This document shows, piece by piece, positions 40,978 through 52,945 of a DNA stretch of 64,000 nucleotides (its first letter is position 1; each line of letters opens with the position of its first letter). Source of the stretch: Eledone cirrhosa (taxonomy: Eukaryota); NCBI GenBank assembly GCA_964016885.1, contig OZ024748.1, positions 868,001 through 932,000 of the forward strand. The letters are read 5' to 3'. The notes under the pieces were generated by a model. That model did no database searches and had not been told where the DNA came from. It was given only the letters and a program-made list of their open reading frames with translations. The position numbers and the translations under genes are program-made.

Positions 40978-41150
40978 CCCTTTAGCATTTACATTACTCT
41001 CTATATATACTATTGTATTTTGACTATAAAGGCTTTATCTCACATAATATCAAATCTATGAGATTTTGATATTAATTATTTTGAGAATAATATCCTATCA
41101 ACAGTATGAGCAGCTGGTTACGGCTGGTTTGAGCAGAAAGAGGTGAGAGA
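40978..41150 (-). mobile_element. piggyBac-like MITE family A, truncated
   Basis: ccctttagcatttacattactc...gaggtgagagaa. Confidence 0.8.
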
Positions 41151-41249
41151 AATCCATAATATGTCTTGTATTTTCTATTACTTTAATCATTCTGTATTAT
41201 CAAAACTTATTTCTGTAGTCTATGCCTTCAATATCTGAAAACTTTACAC

Positions 41250-41460
41250 TTAACCCTTTAGTATTTAAACTGGCTGTATTCAGCCAGAATTCTCTCACCT
41301 CTTTCTGTTCAAACTGGCTGTAACCGGCTGCTCATACTTATGCCAAGGTATTGTTCTTAAAATGAATATCAAAATCTCAGATTCGATATTACGTGAGGTA
41401 AAGGCTTTACCATGAAAATATAATAGTAAATATAGAGTAATGTAAATGCTAAAGGGTTAA
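41250..41460 (+). mobile_element. piggyBac-like MITE family A
   Basis: TTAA flanks and TIRs. Confidence 0.88.
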
Positions 41461-41806
41461 AGGATGATACTCTACTGCTATTTCTCATTGAGCATGCCAA
41501 ACTGTTGAACAAGTCTTCTTAACTGATTCTGCTGCTGTCTTTTTCTTTTATTTCACCCCTCACTTCAGCTGAGAGACCTCAACAAAAGCTTTAGCTTGTT
41601 CAAACTTCACCTTAGGCTTCTTTCACTGTTAACCAATGCATACAAAATGCTTTTTTTACTGGTGTAAAAAAGCATCTTATACTGATTCACTGATGAAAGT
41701 CTTTTAAGACTGAAAACTTTGAATAAAACACCATGTTTTCTTTCTTCATATGTATTGTGTGGAATTTTTATAAAACCTATTTCTCTTTCTTCTTTATTTA
41801 TTGTAG

Positions 41807-41944
41807 AATAAATCGGGTCCGAATGAAACAGAATCTGCCTCTGGGGAAATGGAAACAGTAATTATACAAGGAACGGATTTTGCTAAAGAATTCGAAAAGC
41901 CCAACGATCGTGCCAGCCACATTAAAATTGGCCGGGCTAAGCAG
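41807..41944 (+). CDS. Internal symmetric exon (138 nt, phase 0 to 0): NKSGPNETESASGEMETVIIQGTDFAKEFEKPNDRASHIKIGRAKQ
   Basis: ttctctttcttctttatttattgtag acceptor, cag|gtatgg donor, open frame and coding-like composition. Confidence 0.88.
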
Positions 41945-42809
41945 GTATGGTTCCCACCTCATATTTATTGTATTTTAAAATCCTGGAAATATTTTTTTTC
42001 TTCTAGAAAGCAGCCATTCTGCATCAAAATGGCTCTGGTTGACCCAACAAAATATTAGGAATTTAGCCCTGTTTTTTTTTTTTAAATTATTTCATAAAAG
42101 ACAACAACAAAAAAAAAAAAAAAAAAAAAAACAGTCATTTATGGCTTGCCCTTTTCAGCTGCAGTTAAAATCCTGTTATACCTGTAATTACTTGGGATTG
42201 GTCACATGATTACCATTAAATGTAAGTTTGCTTTTTCATTTAAAAACCAAAAATGAAAAATTATATATATATATATCTATATCAAGTGTATTTATATACT
42301 TCGAGTAAATGCATGCAATTTTTTTTTCTACCTGTGGGAGAATTGTGTTGTCATTGCCATAAAAAAAGGGTTTTGCATGATTTCCCAGCCCCGTCACTAT
42401 TCCCTTTCGCTCTCTCTATCTCTCTCAGTATATCATAAGAGTGTGTTTTCGTTCCACTTCTTCCTATATAATATTTCAAAATCAATGTACATTTACTGAC
42501 CATTTCACACAAGGACTTTTCAATATATATTTTTTTCTAAAGTGAAAAATGTGTACTAGGCATAAGATAAACAGTTATTTTTATCTACTTATCATCTATG
42601 TATGGGGAAATAAACCTGTAATTAGGTACTAATTAAGAGTAATAAATTAAATCTTTCACTTTAAAAACAATGAGATGTGAATGTTTTAGTTGTTAATATT
42701 TTATATAAATTAATGACAAACTTTCTGAAACTGTTACTGTAATGTTGAAAAAAAAATGTTACATTAGATTTTTTTTTAAATTGTTATTATTAATATAAAT
42801 CATTATCAG

Positions 42810-43250
42810 GGTGGTGAATTGGTGAAATCGTTTCAGCGTCAGGCAAAATTCTTTGTGTCATTTAGTTACAGCCCTTTATGTCCTGAGTTCAAATCCTGCC
42901 GAGGTCAACTTTGCCTTTCCTCCTTATAGGGGTTGATGAAATAAAGTACCAGTTAAATACTGGGGTTAATTTAATTGGCCATTCCCCTCCCCGAATATTA
43001 TTGGCCTTGTGTCTAAATCAGAAACTATTATTACTACTGTGAGTGCAGTGGATTGGCAGAATTGTTGGTATCAGATAAAATACCGTATGGCATTTAGTTG
43101 CAGCTATTTACAGTCTGAGTTTAATGTTTTGCTGCAATCAACTTTGCCTTCCATCCTTTCTGAGGTCTGAAATATAAAGTACCAATCATATACTGGGATC
43201 AATATAATTCGCTGTACTCTACTGCCAAATTAGGGGCCATGCATATTTGT
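42810..43250 (+). mobile_element. Two SINE family 2 copies
   Basis: ctgagttcaaatcctgccgaggtcaactttgcctttc...aaagtacca, twice. Confidence 0.75.
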
Positions 43251-44305
43251 GAGACATTAACATTATTATTATTACTGTAAAAAGTAATTATCTGTAGCAA
43301 ATATACATCAAGTAATGGGTTTTATTTGAGTTAGTCAATTATGAAGAATGCCTTGAATTTTAATAGTTAGTCATGTGTTTCTAATTAAATTAAAGGTAAT
43401 TATAGTATTAATCTTAATTCATTTCCTCATATAAGATTTCAAATAAAATTCTTTGATAAGTAATATTATGTAGTTAAAGGGAAGTTTACAATGAGCTGAA
43501 TGTACAGTTTTATTTTAGGTCCCAACTGAAGTAATTTATTTATTCCAAGGAAAGGACACAGTGTGACAACTTGTAATTTCTGTTTCATGATGGGACACAC
43601 CAATGATGATGGGTCACACACCAAGCCAGGCTCTCTTATCTTTTAATGGAGATTGATAGTAAAAGATTGTTTTCCCTATCATTAAAAAAATTCAAGAAAT
43701 CTCTTATGCGATGATATGTCAGAACTGGGGCCCCTGTCATTAAAGAGCCCAAGAAACTCACTATGACACTTAAGGAACCTCCTCTCATGGTCCTTATTAA
43801 AACAACTCCAAAACCTTCAATAAGATGGTAGAACTGGAGCACCTATCATTATCACATCCAAGAAACCTTGGCCAAACCTGTACAGGTGAGCCAGAACAAA
43901 AACATAAGATGACAAAAGGCAGTCCTATCATGGTTTGCCTACCTGGCTATAACGTTGGTGATGAGTCTTTTATCATCATCATCATCGTCATCATCATCAT
44001 TTAACGTCCATTTTCCATGCTTGTATGGGTTAGACAGATCATCTGCATTGAGAGACTGTAAATTTGGCCACGGTTTTTACAGCTGGATGCCCTTCCTAGC
44101 ACCAACCAGTAATAATTATTATTATTATAGACCTCCCCTCACACACAGAGGCAGGCATACTGTGATTAATATTTCTATTTCTCATTCCATCGTCATATTA
44201 TTATTATTATATCTGTTTCTGGACTTGTATATATAGTAGTTTTATCTGCATAGCTTTTCTCTGTTTAAAACAGTTTAATACATGATGTATTGAAAGCCCT
44301 TATCA

Positions 44306-44532
44306 TTAACCCTTTAGCATTTATATTACTCTATATTTACTATTATATTTTCACAGTAAAGGCTTTACATCACATAATTACCTCACATAATATCGAATCT
44401 ATGAGATTTTAATGTTATTTATTGAGAACAATGCCTTAACATAAGTATGAGTGGCCAGTTACAGCCAGTTTGAATAGGAGGAGGTGAGAGAATTCTGGCC
44501 TGATATGGCCGGTTTAAATACTAATGGGTTAA
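44306..44532 (-). mobile_element. piggyBac-like MITE family A (opposite orientation)
   Basis: TTAA flanks and TIRs. Confidence 0.88.
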
Positions 44533-44964
44533 AACACCCAAAGAAGCTCTTGTGCAATGAAACATCATCACGTGTGAGCTGTAACAAGAAGAAATAGGGA
44601 CATTATCAATTACTAGGTGATAAAAAAACAGTATAGTAATCTATCTTTAAATAGGAAACAAATTGTGTTGATTTTGTTTGTTCGTAATTATTTTTTCTAC
44701 CTCTAAAAGAAGTGGGAAAAATATATTCCAGCATTAAAACTGTAACATTTGTTGTGTGGGTATTGATGATCATCCTTCTACACATGCACATATATGCTCG
44801 CCTGCATGCACTCACACATTCACATGCACAAATATTTGTGCATATATTAAACTTTGGAAAGCGACTATTATATTTAAACTTACTAAATAATATATATATA
44901 TATAATTTACTGTCAGGATTTTCCTTAGTTTATTTACTTTTAAATTTCCCAAGTTTGTATTAAT

Positions 44965-45990
44965 TGGGTTGGTAGAATTGTTAGAGGATTGGACAAAATG
45001 CTGTGCGATATTTGTTCTGAGTTCCAATTCCGCCAAGGGCCGATAAAATAAAGTACCAGTTACATATTGGGATCCATATAATATCGACTTCTTTTTCCCA
45101 AATTGTTGGCTTTGTGCCTGTAGTAGAAATCATCATTATTATTATTATTTATTATTATTCTAAGTGTTAATTGGGTTCATTCTAAATACTATTCATCAAA
45201 TCATATGATCTCGGACATAGGGTATTTTTCACAGGATGTTGGCAGCTTCAAGAAGTGCCAATTTCTGTAAAGAAGCAATGTTAGGTATACATATATATAA
45301 TTGATTGGCAGTATCGGTGGAGGGTCGGACGCCATGCTTTCCAGCATAGTTACGTCCCTTTACGATCTGAGTTCAAATCCCACCGAGGTTGACTTTGCCT
45401 TTCATCCTTACGAGGTCGATAAAATAAAGTACCAGTAATGCACTGGGTAATTGCTGGCCTTGTGCCTAAAGTAGAAACAATTATTATTATCACCAAGGTC
45501 AGTGAATTGGCAGATTTTTTTAGAGCGTCAGACAGACTGCCTTGCAGTATATATATATCAATTCTTTACATTCTGAGTTCAAATCTTGCTGATGTCAACT
45601 TTGCCTTTCATTATTTCAGGGTTGATAAAATAATTACCAGTCATGTACTGGGGTCAATTTAATCAACTGTTCTTCCCCTCACTGTTTACTTGTTTTGTGC
45701 CTAAATTACGGCAGAATTGCTACATCATTGGTATTTGTTCTGGCTCTTTACGCCCTGAGTTCAAACCCTACTGTGGTCAATTTTACTTTCATCCTCAACA
45801 TTCACAAATTGCTGGCCTTGTGCCTAAATTAGAAACCATTATTATCATTATTATTATTTACGGTCTGAGTTTAAATCCCGTCGAGGTTAACTTTGCCTTT
45901 CATCCTTATGGAGTCGATAAAATAAAGTACCAGTAATGTACTGGGTAATTGCTGGCCTTGTGCCAAAAGTATAAACAATTATTATTATTG
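44965..45990 (+). mobile_element. Cluster of ~5 same-orientation SINE family 2 copies/fragments
   Basis: Best copy is 45305-45490: gttcaaatccc B box, gcctttcatcctt...gtcgataaaataaagtaccagt (Nin/Deu-like central block) and an (ATT)n tail. Confidence 0.85.
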
Positions 45991-46018
45991 ATTGAGTGGT
46001 TGATTGATGGTTTACAGT

Positions 46019-46320
46019 GGTAAGAAATTCTCAGGAGAGCTGGACAGCAGAATGTCCTCAGAGAAAAAAACTCCCCTCCTTAAGCAAGTGTTTCAGCCAT
46101 TAAATTCTATGTATATATATATATATATATTGGTAAGAAACTCTCAGGAGAGCTGGACAGCAGAATGTCCTTGGAGAAGAAACCCTTCTTAAGCAAGTGT
46201 TTCAGCCCTTAACTTCTATGTATATATATGGTGGTAAGAAACTCTCATGAGAGCTGGACAGCAGAAGGTCTTTAGAGAAAGAACCCTCCCTATCCTTAAG
46301 CAAGCGTTTCGGCCCTTAAC
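46019..46320. repeat. Three tandem ~100-115-bp units
   Basis: ggtaagaaa.tctca.gagagctggacagcagaa...cttaagcaag.gtttc.gcc.ttaa repeated three times. Confidence 0.9.
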
Positions 46321-46685
46321 TTTGCACAGTAAATATTATGATTACTGGGTCTTCTATCTCTTGAGTCTCAAAAAGGGACCTTAGATATATATAGAACTTT
46401 TCTAAATATATGTCCAGTGCCAAACTACAGTTTTTGGGGGGATTCTTATTTTTTGCTATTTTTTTTTAGAGGAGAGCAATTTGTGTTTCAAGATACCCTC
46501 TCCTCTCCCAGTTTTAATGATATCGAGCCCATAGCTTTAATGACAATTGGAATAATTATATTGATGCTGTTAGGTGGTATTGACCACATTGTGCAATTCC
46601 AATCTTCAAGTTATTATCATTATTATTATTATTAATTCAACAGTTCTTATTTTCCCAATAACCACTGACACACATTTTGTTACAG

Positions 46686-46718
46686 TACAGACAGAATTCA
46701 TGTGTGCTTGATGACGCA
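46686..46718 (+). CDS. Candidate 33-nt cassette exon YRQNSCVLDDA (phase 0 to 0)
   Basis: Branch-like cactgac, ttttgttacag| acceptor, |gttagc donor, an in-frame second acceptor at 46695, and downstream GCATG motifs. Confidence 0.4.
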
Positions 46719-47173
46719 GTTAGCATGCATTTGTATATATATATATATATAAAAAAAAAAACTAAAACAAAAACCAGAAACATCAAAAAACAAAAGTGTT
46801 AGATCTATTTATTTAGTGATTAAACTACAGAAAAGTGATGCATGAAAGCATGTTGTTTTTTTTTGTTTTTGTTTTCAACTATATTTACATTTTTTTTTCA
46901 TTTTTTGTTTTTATTTTATAGCAAGTTGTCTCTATTTAAAAAAAATATTTTTTTGCTACTGTAAGATTCACTTTTCTAGTTTGTATGCCAAGTAGAAATC
47001 TAATCTGCTTTTATATTTATTTCTGTTAAAAAAAAAAACCCTTTATCTACGGGAAATAATTGATAATAATTTAAAAAATCCTATTATGATAATTAATTTC
47101 TATATATTAGATTATGTAAAGAGATAAACATTACTTTTTTAAGTATATATACACGCATATATATATTTATATG

Positions 47174-47269
47174 TATGTATATATATTGGGTCGTCAAGTA
47201 TGAAATTTGTAGAAGTTTTGGTTTTTTTTTCTACAAATTTCATACTTGACAACCCAATATATATACATA
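47174..47269. mobile_element. Tiny palindromic mariner-like MITE (about 40-bp arms)
   Basis: tattgggtcgtcaagtatgaaatttgtagaa / ttctacaaatttcatacttgacaacccaata, one mismatch, TA-flanked. Confidence 0.7.
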
Positions 47270-47653
47270 AAACTAATGTTAATAGCTTTTCCCAAAAATA
47301 ATAATAATAATAATTGACTTTTCTGAATTGTTTAGTTGTAAATTCAGAATGAAATGTTGCTGTTAATGTAAGTGTTTTGGTTTCATTCTTGTCATATATA
47401 TACACACACTAAATACTTTGGTGTATTTATTAACAAAACAACCCTTTCAAAACCATTAACAAATTCTGTTGCTATTATTTTTTCTAACCTTGTATGAAGA
47501 AGTAACAAGGCAATTTTAAAACTCTTTTCTTTTTCATAGTTTTAATGTATAGCTTAATGTAAAAACTGGTCTTGTATGTAACTTATTTTTAAATTGTACA
47601 ACCTCCCCTTTTTTTTTAGACATCTCATTACAGATTCTTGTGTGTATGTGTTC

Positions 47654-47708
<55 letters not shown>

Positions 47709-48443
47709 ATGTATGTATATATTTTAATGACGTTGTGTATGATATATTGATACAACATCTGATATAGAACTCAATATAAAGTGTAGAATCAAGTGAATAT
47801 ATAGCATAAGAGATGGCTGTTACTTAGGATTTTCTTTTGTTGGCTCCTTCAATTATTTATCGATCAGGTCAACCAAAGATGAAACTATAAGTAACTGTTC
47901 TCATTTATGATATAATTTCGATGTTGCCTTAAGTTAACATATATATCTATGTATAAGTCGCACCTTTTTTACATGAAAATATTACATAAAAACCAGCATT
48001 CAACTTATCTACTTGACCTACACGAGAAGAAAATCTGTGGTTCATTGTAGGTACAAAAAACTAGTGTAATGTGAGCTGACACTGTTTTAAATAGTTTTCT
48101 GGGAATAGCCTCCAAAATATTTATGTTTAATTATAACTTGGGAGGAAATTAAAATAATGTAACATTATAAGAATATATTTCTATTAAAAACATTACATTG
48201 TAGTATTTTATGTTTTATCATTGTCTCTCAATAGCTAGTTCTTTAACCCTGTCATTACCATATTTCCAATGAAATACACTGCCTGTATGTCTTAATTAAT
48301 TTTGGAAATAACATAAATTTGAAAGAATTTAATGCAGTAACTGTTTTAGTTGTTAAGCTGCTGATGTTTGGAGAATTACTTAACAAAAAATTCTTAGATA
48401 AAATTATGATGAAAGGTTTTAGCATAAGTATGACCACTTTGAT

Positions 48444-48580
48444 GAAGGTGAGTGGCCTAGTGCTAAGGGTGTTGATTTACAATCATAATCCCGTGGGTTT
48501 GATTCCTGGACTGGGTTTTGTGTTGTGTTCTTGAGCAAAACACTTCATTTCATGTTGCTCCATTATACTCATCTGTCTAG
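48444..48580 (+). mobile_element. tRNA-derived SINE head
   Basis: tggcctagtgctaag, gtttgattcc and cttgagcaaaacacttcattt. Confidence 0.7.
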
Positions 48581-48583
48581 GGT

Positions 48584-48710
48584 GGAGTCTTGTACTCTCT
48601 GTCGCTGGTGGTGTCTAATACTCTCTGTCGTTGGAGGAGTCTTGTACTCTCTGTCGCTGGAGGAGTCTTGTACTCTCTGTCGCTGGAGGAGTCTTGTACT
48701 CTCTGTTGCT
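48584..48710. repeat. 26-bp minisatellite, ~5 copies
   Basis: ggagtcttgtactctctgtcgctgga. Confidence 0.9.
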
Positions 48711-48769
48711 TCACACCAGAGAAACCAGGATAAGCACCAACCTGATAAACCTCTGGGCTCAAGACAAAC

Positions 48770-49110
48770 TTTAGACAAGAAGACCAAAGGTATCTTAGCA
48801 TCTCTCAGTAAGACCTTTATCAGCCACTCTCCAGCTATCTATTTAAAATTGTATATAGCTATGGTGCATCCACACTTAGAATTTGCTTCACCAGTCTGGA
48901 ACCCCTATCTTGGTCAGAATATTGATCTCCTGGAAACTGTTCAGGGACATGCAGCCAAACGAATATCCTCCATCGGACATCTACCATACTCTGAACCCCT
49001 TGCTTCCCTGGGCATGGATATATTAAAGCTCTGACGTTTGACAACTGACTTGGTAGACACCCACAAGATTATTAACCATCTTTCCAACAACAACCCTGAG
49101 CACCTTTTTA
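48770..49110 (+). mobile_element. CR1/L2-group LINE ORF2 C-terminal fragment
   Basis: LYIAMVHPHLEFASPVWNPY...IDLLETVQ...LPYSE.L..LG fits the LYxxxVRPHLEYAxxVWxP...LExVQ...YxERL motif. Confidence 0.85.
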
Positions 49111-49314
49111 AATCAGCTACTGGGCCATGTTAGCTACTGTTAAATCAGCTACTGGGCCAAATGGAGGTGCGACTTATACACTAGTAGTTACAGTAAATAA
49201 TGTACAGCTCAGTTAGACTATCAACTAGTACTAATATTTTAAATTATTTAGGAATGTCTAAGGTTTGAATAATCTAGAAACTAGAAACTGTAATCATGAA
49301 CTAAAGAAACTAAA

Positions 49315-49353
<39 letters not shown>

Positions 49354-49679
49354 TTATTATATACACACACACATACATATGTATGTGTGAATTTATGCAT
49401 ACAGGCACATGCATATATATAACATAGATATATATATATGTATGTGAATATGTGTATACACGCACATGTATATATATTGTATTTATTTGTGAATATGTGT
49501 ATACAGACATGCATATATATATATGTATAATGGTAGATATATATGTGTGTGTATACATATTCATGCACATATATGTATAATGTTATATAAATATATATCC
49601 TTAGCTACCTTACAAACTAGCCAAATTTTTTATTACTCAGCTTATTTACTATCATTATAGTATAGTTACTATCATTATA

Positions 49680-49825
49680 GCATAGTTACGTCCCTTTACA
49701 GTCTGAGTTCAAATCCCGCTGAGGTTAACTTTGCCTTTCATCCTTACGGGGTCGATAAAATAAAGTACCAGTAATGTACTGAGTAATTGTTGGCCTTGTG
49801 CCAAAAAGTAGAAACAATTATTATA
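49680..49825 (+). mobile_element. SINE family 2, 5'-truncated
   Basis: Matches the 45305 consensus. Confidence 0.85.
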
Positions 49826-50483
49826 ATTATTATAATTATTGTAATAAGATTCTTTCCAATACACTCAGCACCTTAATTAATTGAATAAGTGAGTAATATT
49901 TTGATGAGACAAAACAAAAAACATAGACACGAACACAACCCCCCCCCCCCCCAAAACAAGAGATCTGAAGTGCTACTGACCTGTATTTTTCTTTGTTAGC
50001 CAATTAAATTGATTACAGAATATCTTAGATAAACATCGGGACATAGACATAGATATATATTAATACAGGATGTCCCCCAAAAATGTATACACTCTTCAAT
50101 GGAATTTTAATAAAATTGTGTATACATTTTTGGGAGACAGCCCATATTTTTATATTTGTAAGCCCTCTATCTAATGATGAGATTACTGGTGGATTTTTAC
50201 TGTGTATTTCAGTTCTTGCATGCTCATCACTTTAATTGCTGCTTCCTCAAAGCTTGAACACTAATGGAAAAAACCAAACAATATATATATATTTATATTT
50301 CCCTTGTTCAGTAACATCTTCGTATATATAATTATTTATTTCAACAATTAAGGAAGACAATCCTTAACGAAGAAGTTGTTTATTTATAATATTTGTTTTA
50401 TTTTTCTTTTCGTTTTTTTTTCTTCTCTCTCTGTGTATGATGACTTTTATATGATAAAATAGTTAATCTATCTTACAATTCTG

Positions 50484-50550
<67 letters not shown>

Positions 50551-51368
50551 TACATACTCATATGCATATACACATATTCATATACATATTTACATACACA
50601 CACCATATATATATATAAATATATATATATATTCAGTTGTGTTCTAGACATGACAACCTTCCTAGTATTGGTGATAGGAAGAGCATCCAGGCATAGAAAA
50701 CCTGCCAAACAAAGGGGCAGGAGTATTCTTCAGCCCTGTGAGGGACATGTCACCTTAGCTAGTTCTGGTGTCACTATAAAATCCACTCAGTAGTGTGCAG
50801 GCACATATACTAGCGAGATGTAGGACCATAGCCGATTTGAGAGGTCGGTAGCTCTGATTGTGTTCACACATGGCCTGTGAGGACCCAGCCAACCCTTGCT
50901 AGCAGATAAGATGAGCATTAAATGATGACATATGAATACACGCATATACAGAGAATACATTGTTAAGAATCCACTAGAATGCACCGTAAACTAGGTTTCA
51001 AGTGATATAATCTGTAGACTAACTGATTTTTTTAAACCTTGTGGATGCTGTAGGCGACTTATGTCACCAAAAGAGTAATCTCCCATTAATACATAGTACA
51101 ATGTCAAGGGAAGCAATTCATAAAAAAAAATTCAGCGTGCTAAAGATTAAAAACAGAGCAATTCAGTGTACCAGTTAAAATAAATATGTTATGTTGGGAC
51201 ATAATTGTGTTTCTGAAAATTGGCTGCATTCATATATTGATATAATCTGGTCATATCTATATGAAGGTAACGAGCTTAATGAAAAACAATTGTGTTCCAG
51301 TATATATGATATGTATATGTGTGTGTGTGTGTGTATGTATATATATATATGGATATATATATATATCC

Positions 51369-51407
<39 letters not shown>

Positions 51408-51576
51408 TGTTGAATTGTTTTAATTAAGTTAGTCTACAAATAATATTAAGTTATATTCACACACACATATATATATGGACATCTAGTTCCTCCAGCCTCG
51501 CAGCAACAGGCCACAATATATATATATATATAAGTACACATACATATACACATGTATATATACATATACGCACATA

Positions 51577-51620
<44 letters not shown>

Positions 51621-52392
51621 CATATAATAGATACAGTCACACACATAGAAACTATATAATATAATATGATATGATATGATGGCTGAAGCCTGATGAAGAC
51701 TACCATCACCATACCAGGAGTTGGTGCAGGTTAGATGTTGGTTTATAGGCTTGGGACATGGTTAAAAAGGATATATGTAATTGAACTCCTGAGTGGTTTG
51801 GTTCTGTTGAATGAGGTTGAATGGTGGAGTATGGATTAAGTTTGCTTCAGTTCATGAGTAACTTTGGTTTCATACTGGGTGTATTTGTTAACAGAAACAA
51901 GTCTTAGTTATATGTATGTGTGAGTGCGTGTGTATGTATATATACATATATGTATATATATATATATATAGGTGTGTACATCTATATACGTGTGTGTGTG
52001 TGTGTGTGTTGTGTATATATATATTTGAACACCTGAATATATCTTTGATACTACAAATAAACACCACTTGTAATTTTAGTCAAGATTTTCAGTCATACAA
52101 ATGTGAAGAATGCCTAAATTGTAATGCCATTCAGCTATGTCTGAATATAGAAGAAAAATTAGAAAAAACAACAACAAAGAAAAAAAAATGCAATCAAATT
52201 ATTATAGGAATTCTTAATTATCCAGTATTATTTGGAGACATTCCCTGGAATTTCTAAGTGTTCTGTTAGCAGGTCATACCAAAATATTTCCACATATAAG
52301 TTGGAGAAATCTCAGCTCTTTTTTAAAAGTATCTTCCCTGTGAAACAACTGTTTTTACTTTGATGAATAGTCAGGCAAAAGTATTTGATATA

Positions 52393-52487
52393 GCAGTACA
52401 TATTCTAAAACTGGAATAATACAGAGAAGATTAGCATGGCACCTGCTCAAGGATGGCACGCAAAATTCGTGAAGTGTTCCATATTTT
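52393..52487 (+). pseudogene. U6: U6 snRNA copy, lacking the first ~12 nt and carrying several substitutions
   Basis: gcagtacatattctaaaactggaataatACAGAGAagattagcatggcacctgctcaaggatggcacgcaaaattcgtgaagtgttccatatttt aligns with canonical U6 from about nt 13 to the 3' U tract. Confidence 0.93.
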
Positions 52488-52773
52488 GTAAATATCCATG
52501 TAGTGCACCTAAGCACTGTACACAATAATTTTCATTATTATTTTAAAGAATGGAGGAAGAATGTATGAATTACTGCATGGAAGAACCATTTTTGCCATTT
52601 AAAAACACACTGACTGTTTAAGTTTACTTTATATATTCAATCATTTATTTCTTAGTATCAGAATTATATATAAAGAGTTAACTATCTCTGTGTGATTATA
52701 AATAGCTAAAATGAACCCTCCATGCAGTCATTGTTTTAGTTTCAACACACGGCCACAGTTGAACTCCCAAATG

Positions 52774-52945
52774 CAGTGAAATTCTGTTATAACGAAATTC
52801 TTGAGATATAAAAACAAATTGTGATGAAAACTTCTTTATAACGAGATCGACCTGATACATCGAGAGTGTGGCCAGGGATTGAAAAAAAATTTGTTATACT
52901 GAAAAGATTGTTATAATGATATTTGTTATAACAGAATTTTACCTG
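52774..52945. mobile_element. Tigger/pogo-like MITE
   Basis: cagtgaaattctgttataacga ... ttgttataacagaattttacctg TIRs. Confidence 0.65.

Noticed and set aside
43519-43830. Terminal exon VPTEVIYLFQGKDTV* and following coding-looking sequence
   Set aside because: Weak acceptor, stops in all frames and no clear family motif. Cannot be supported.
51689-51730. cctgatgaag hammerhead core
   Set aside because: No downstream stem II or GAAA.
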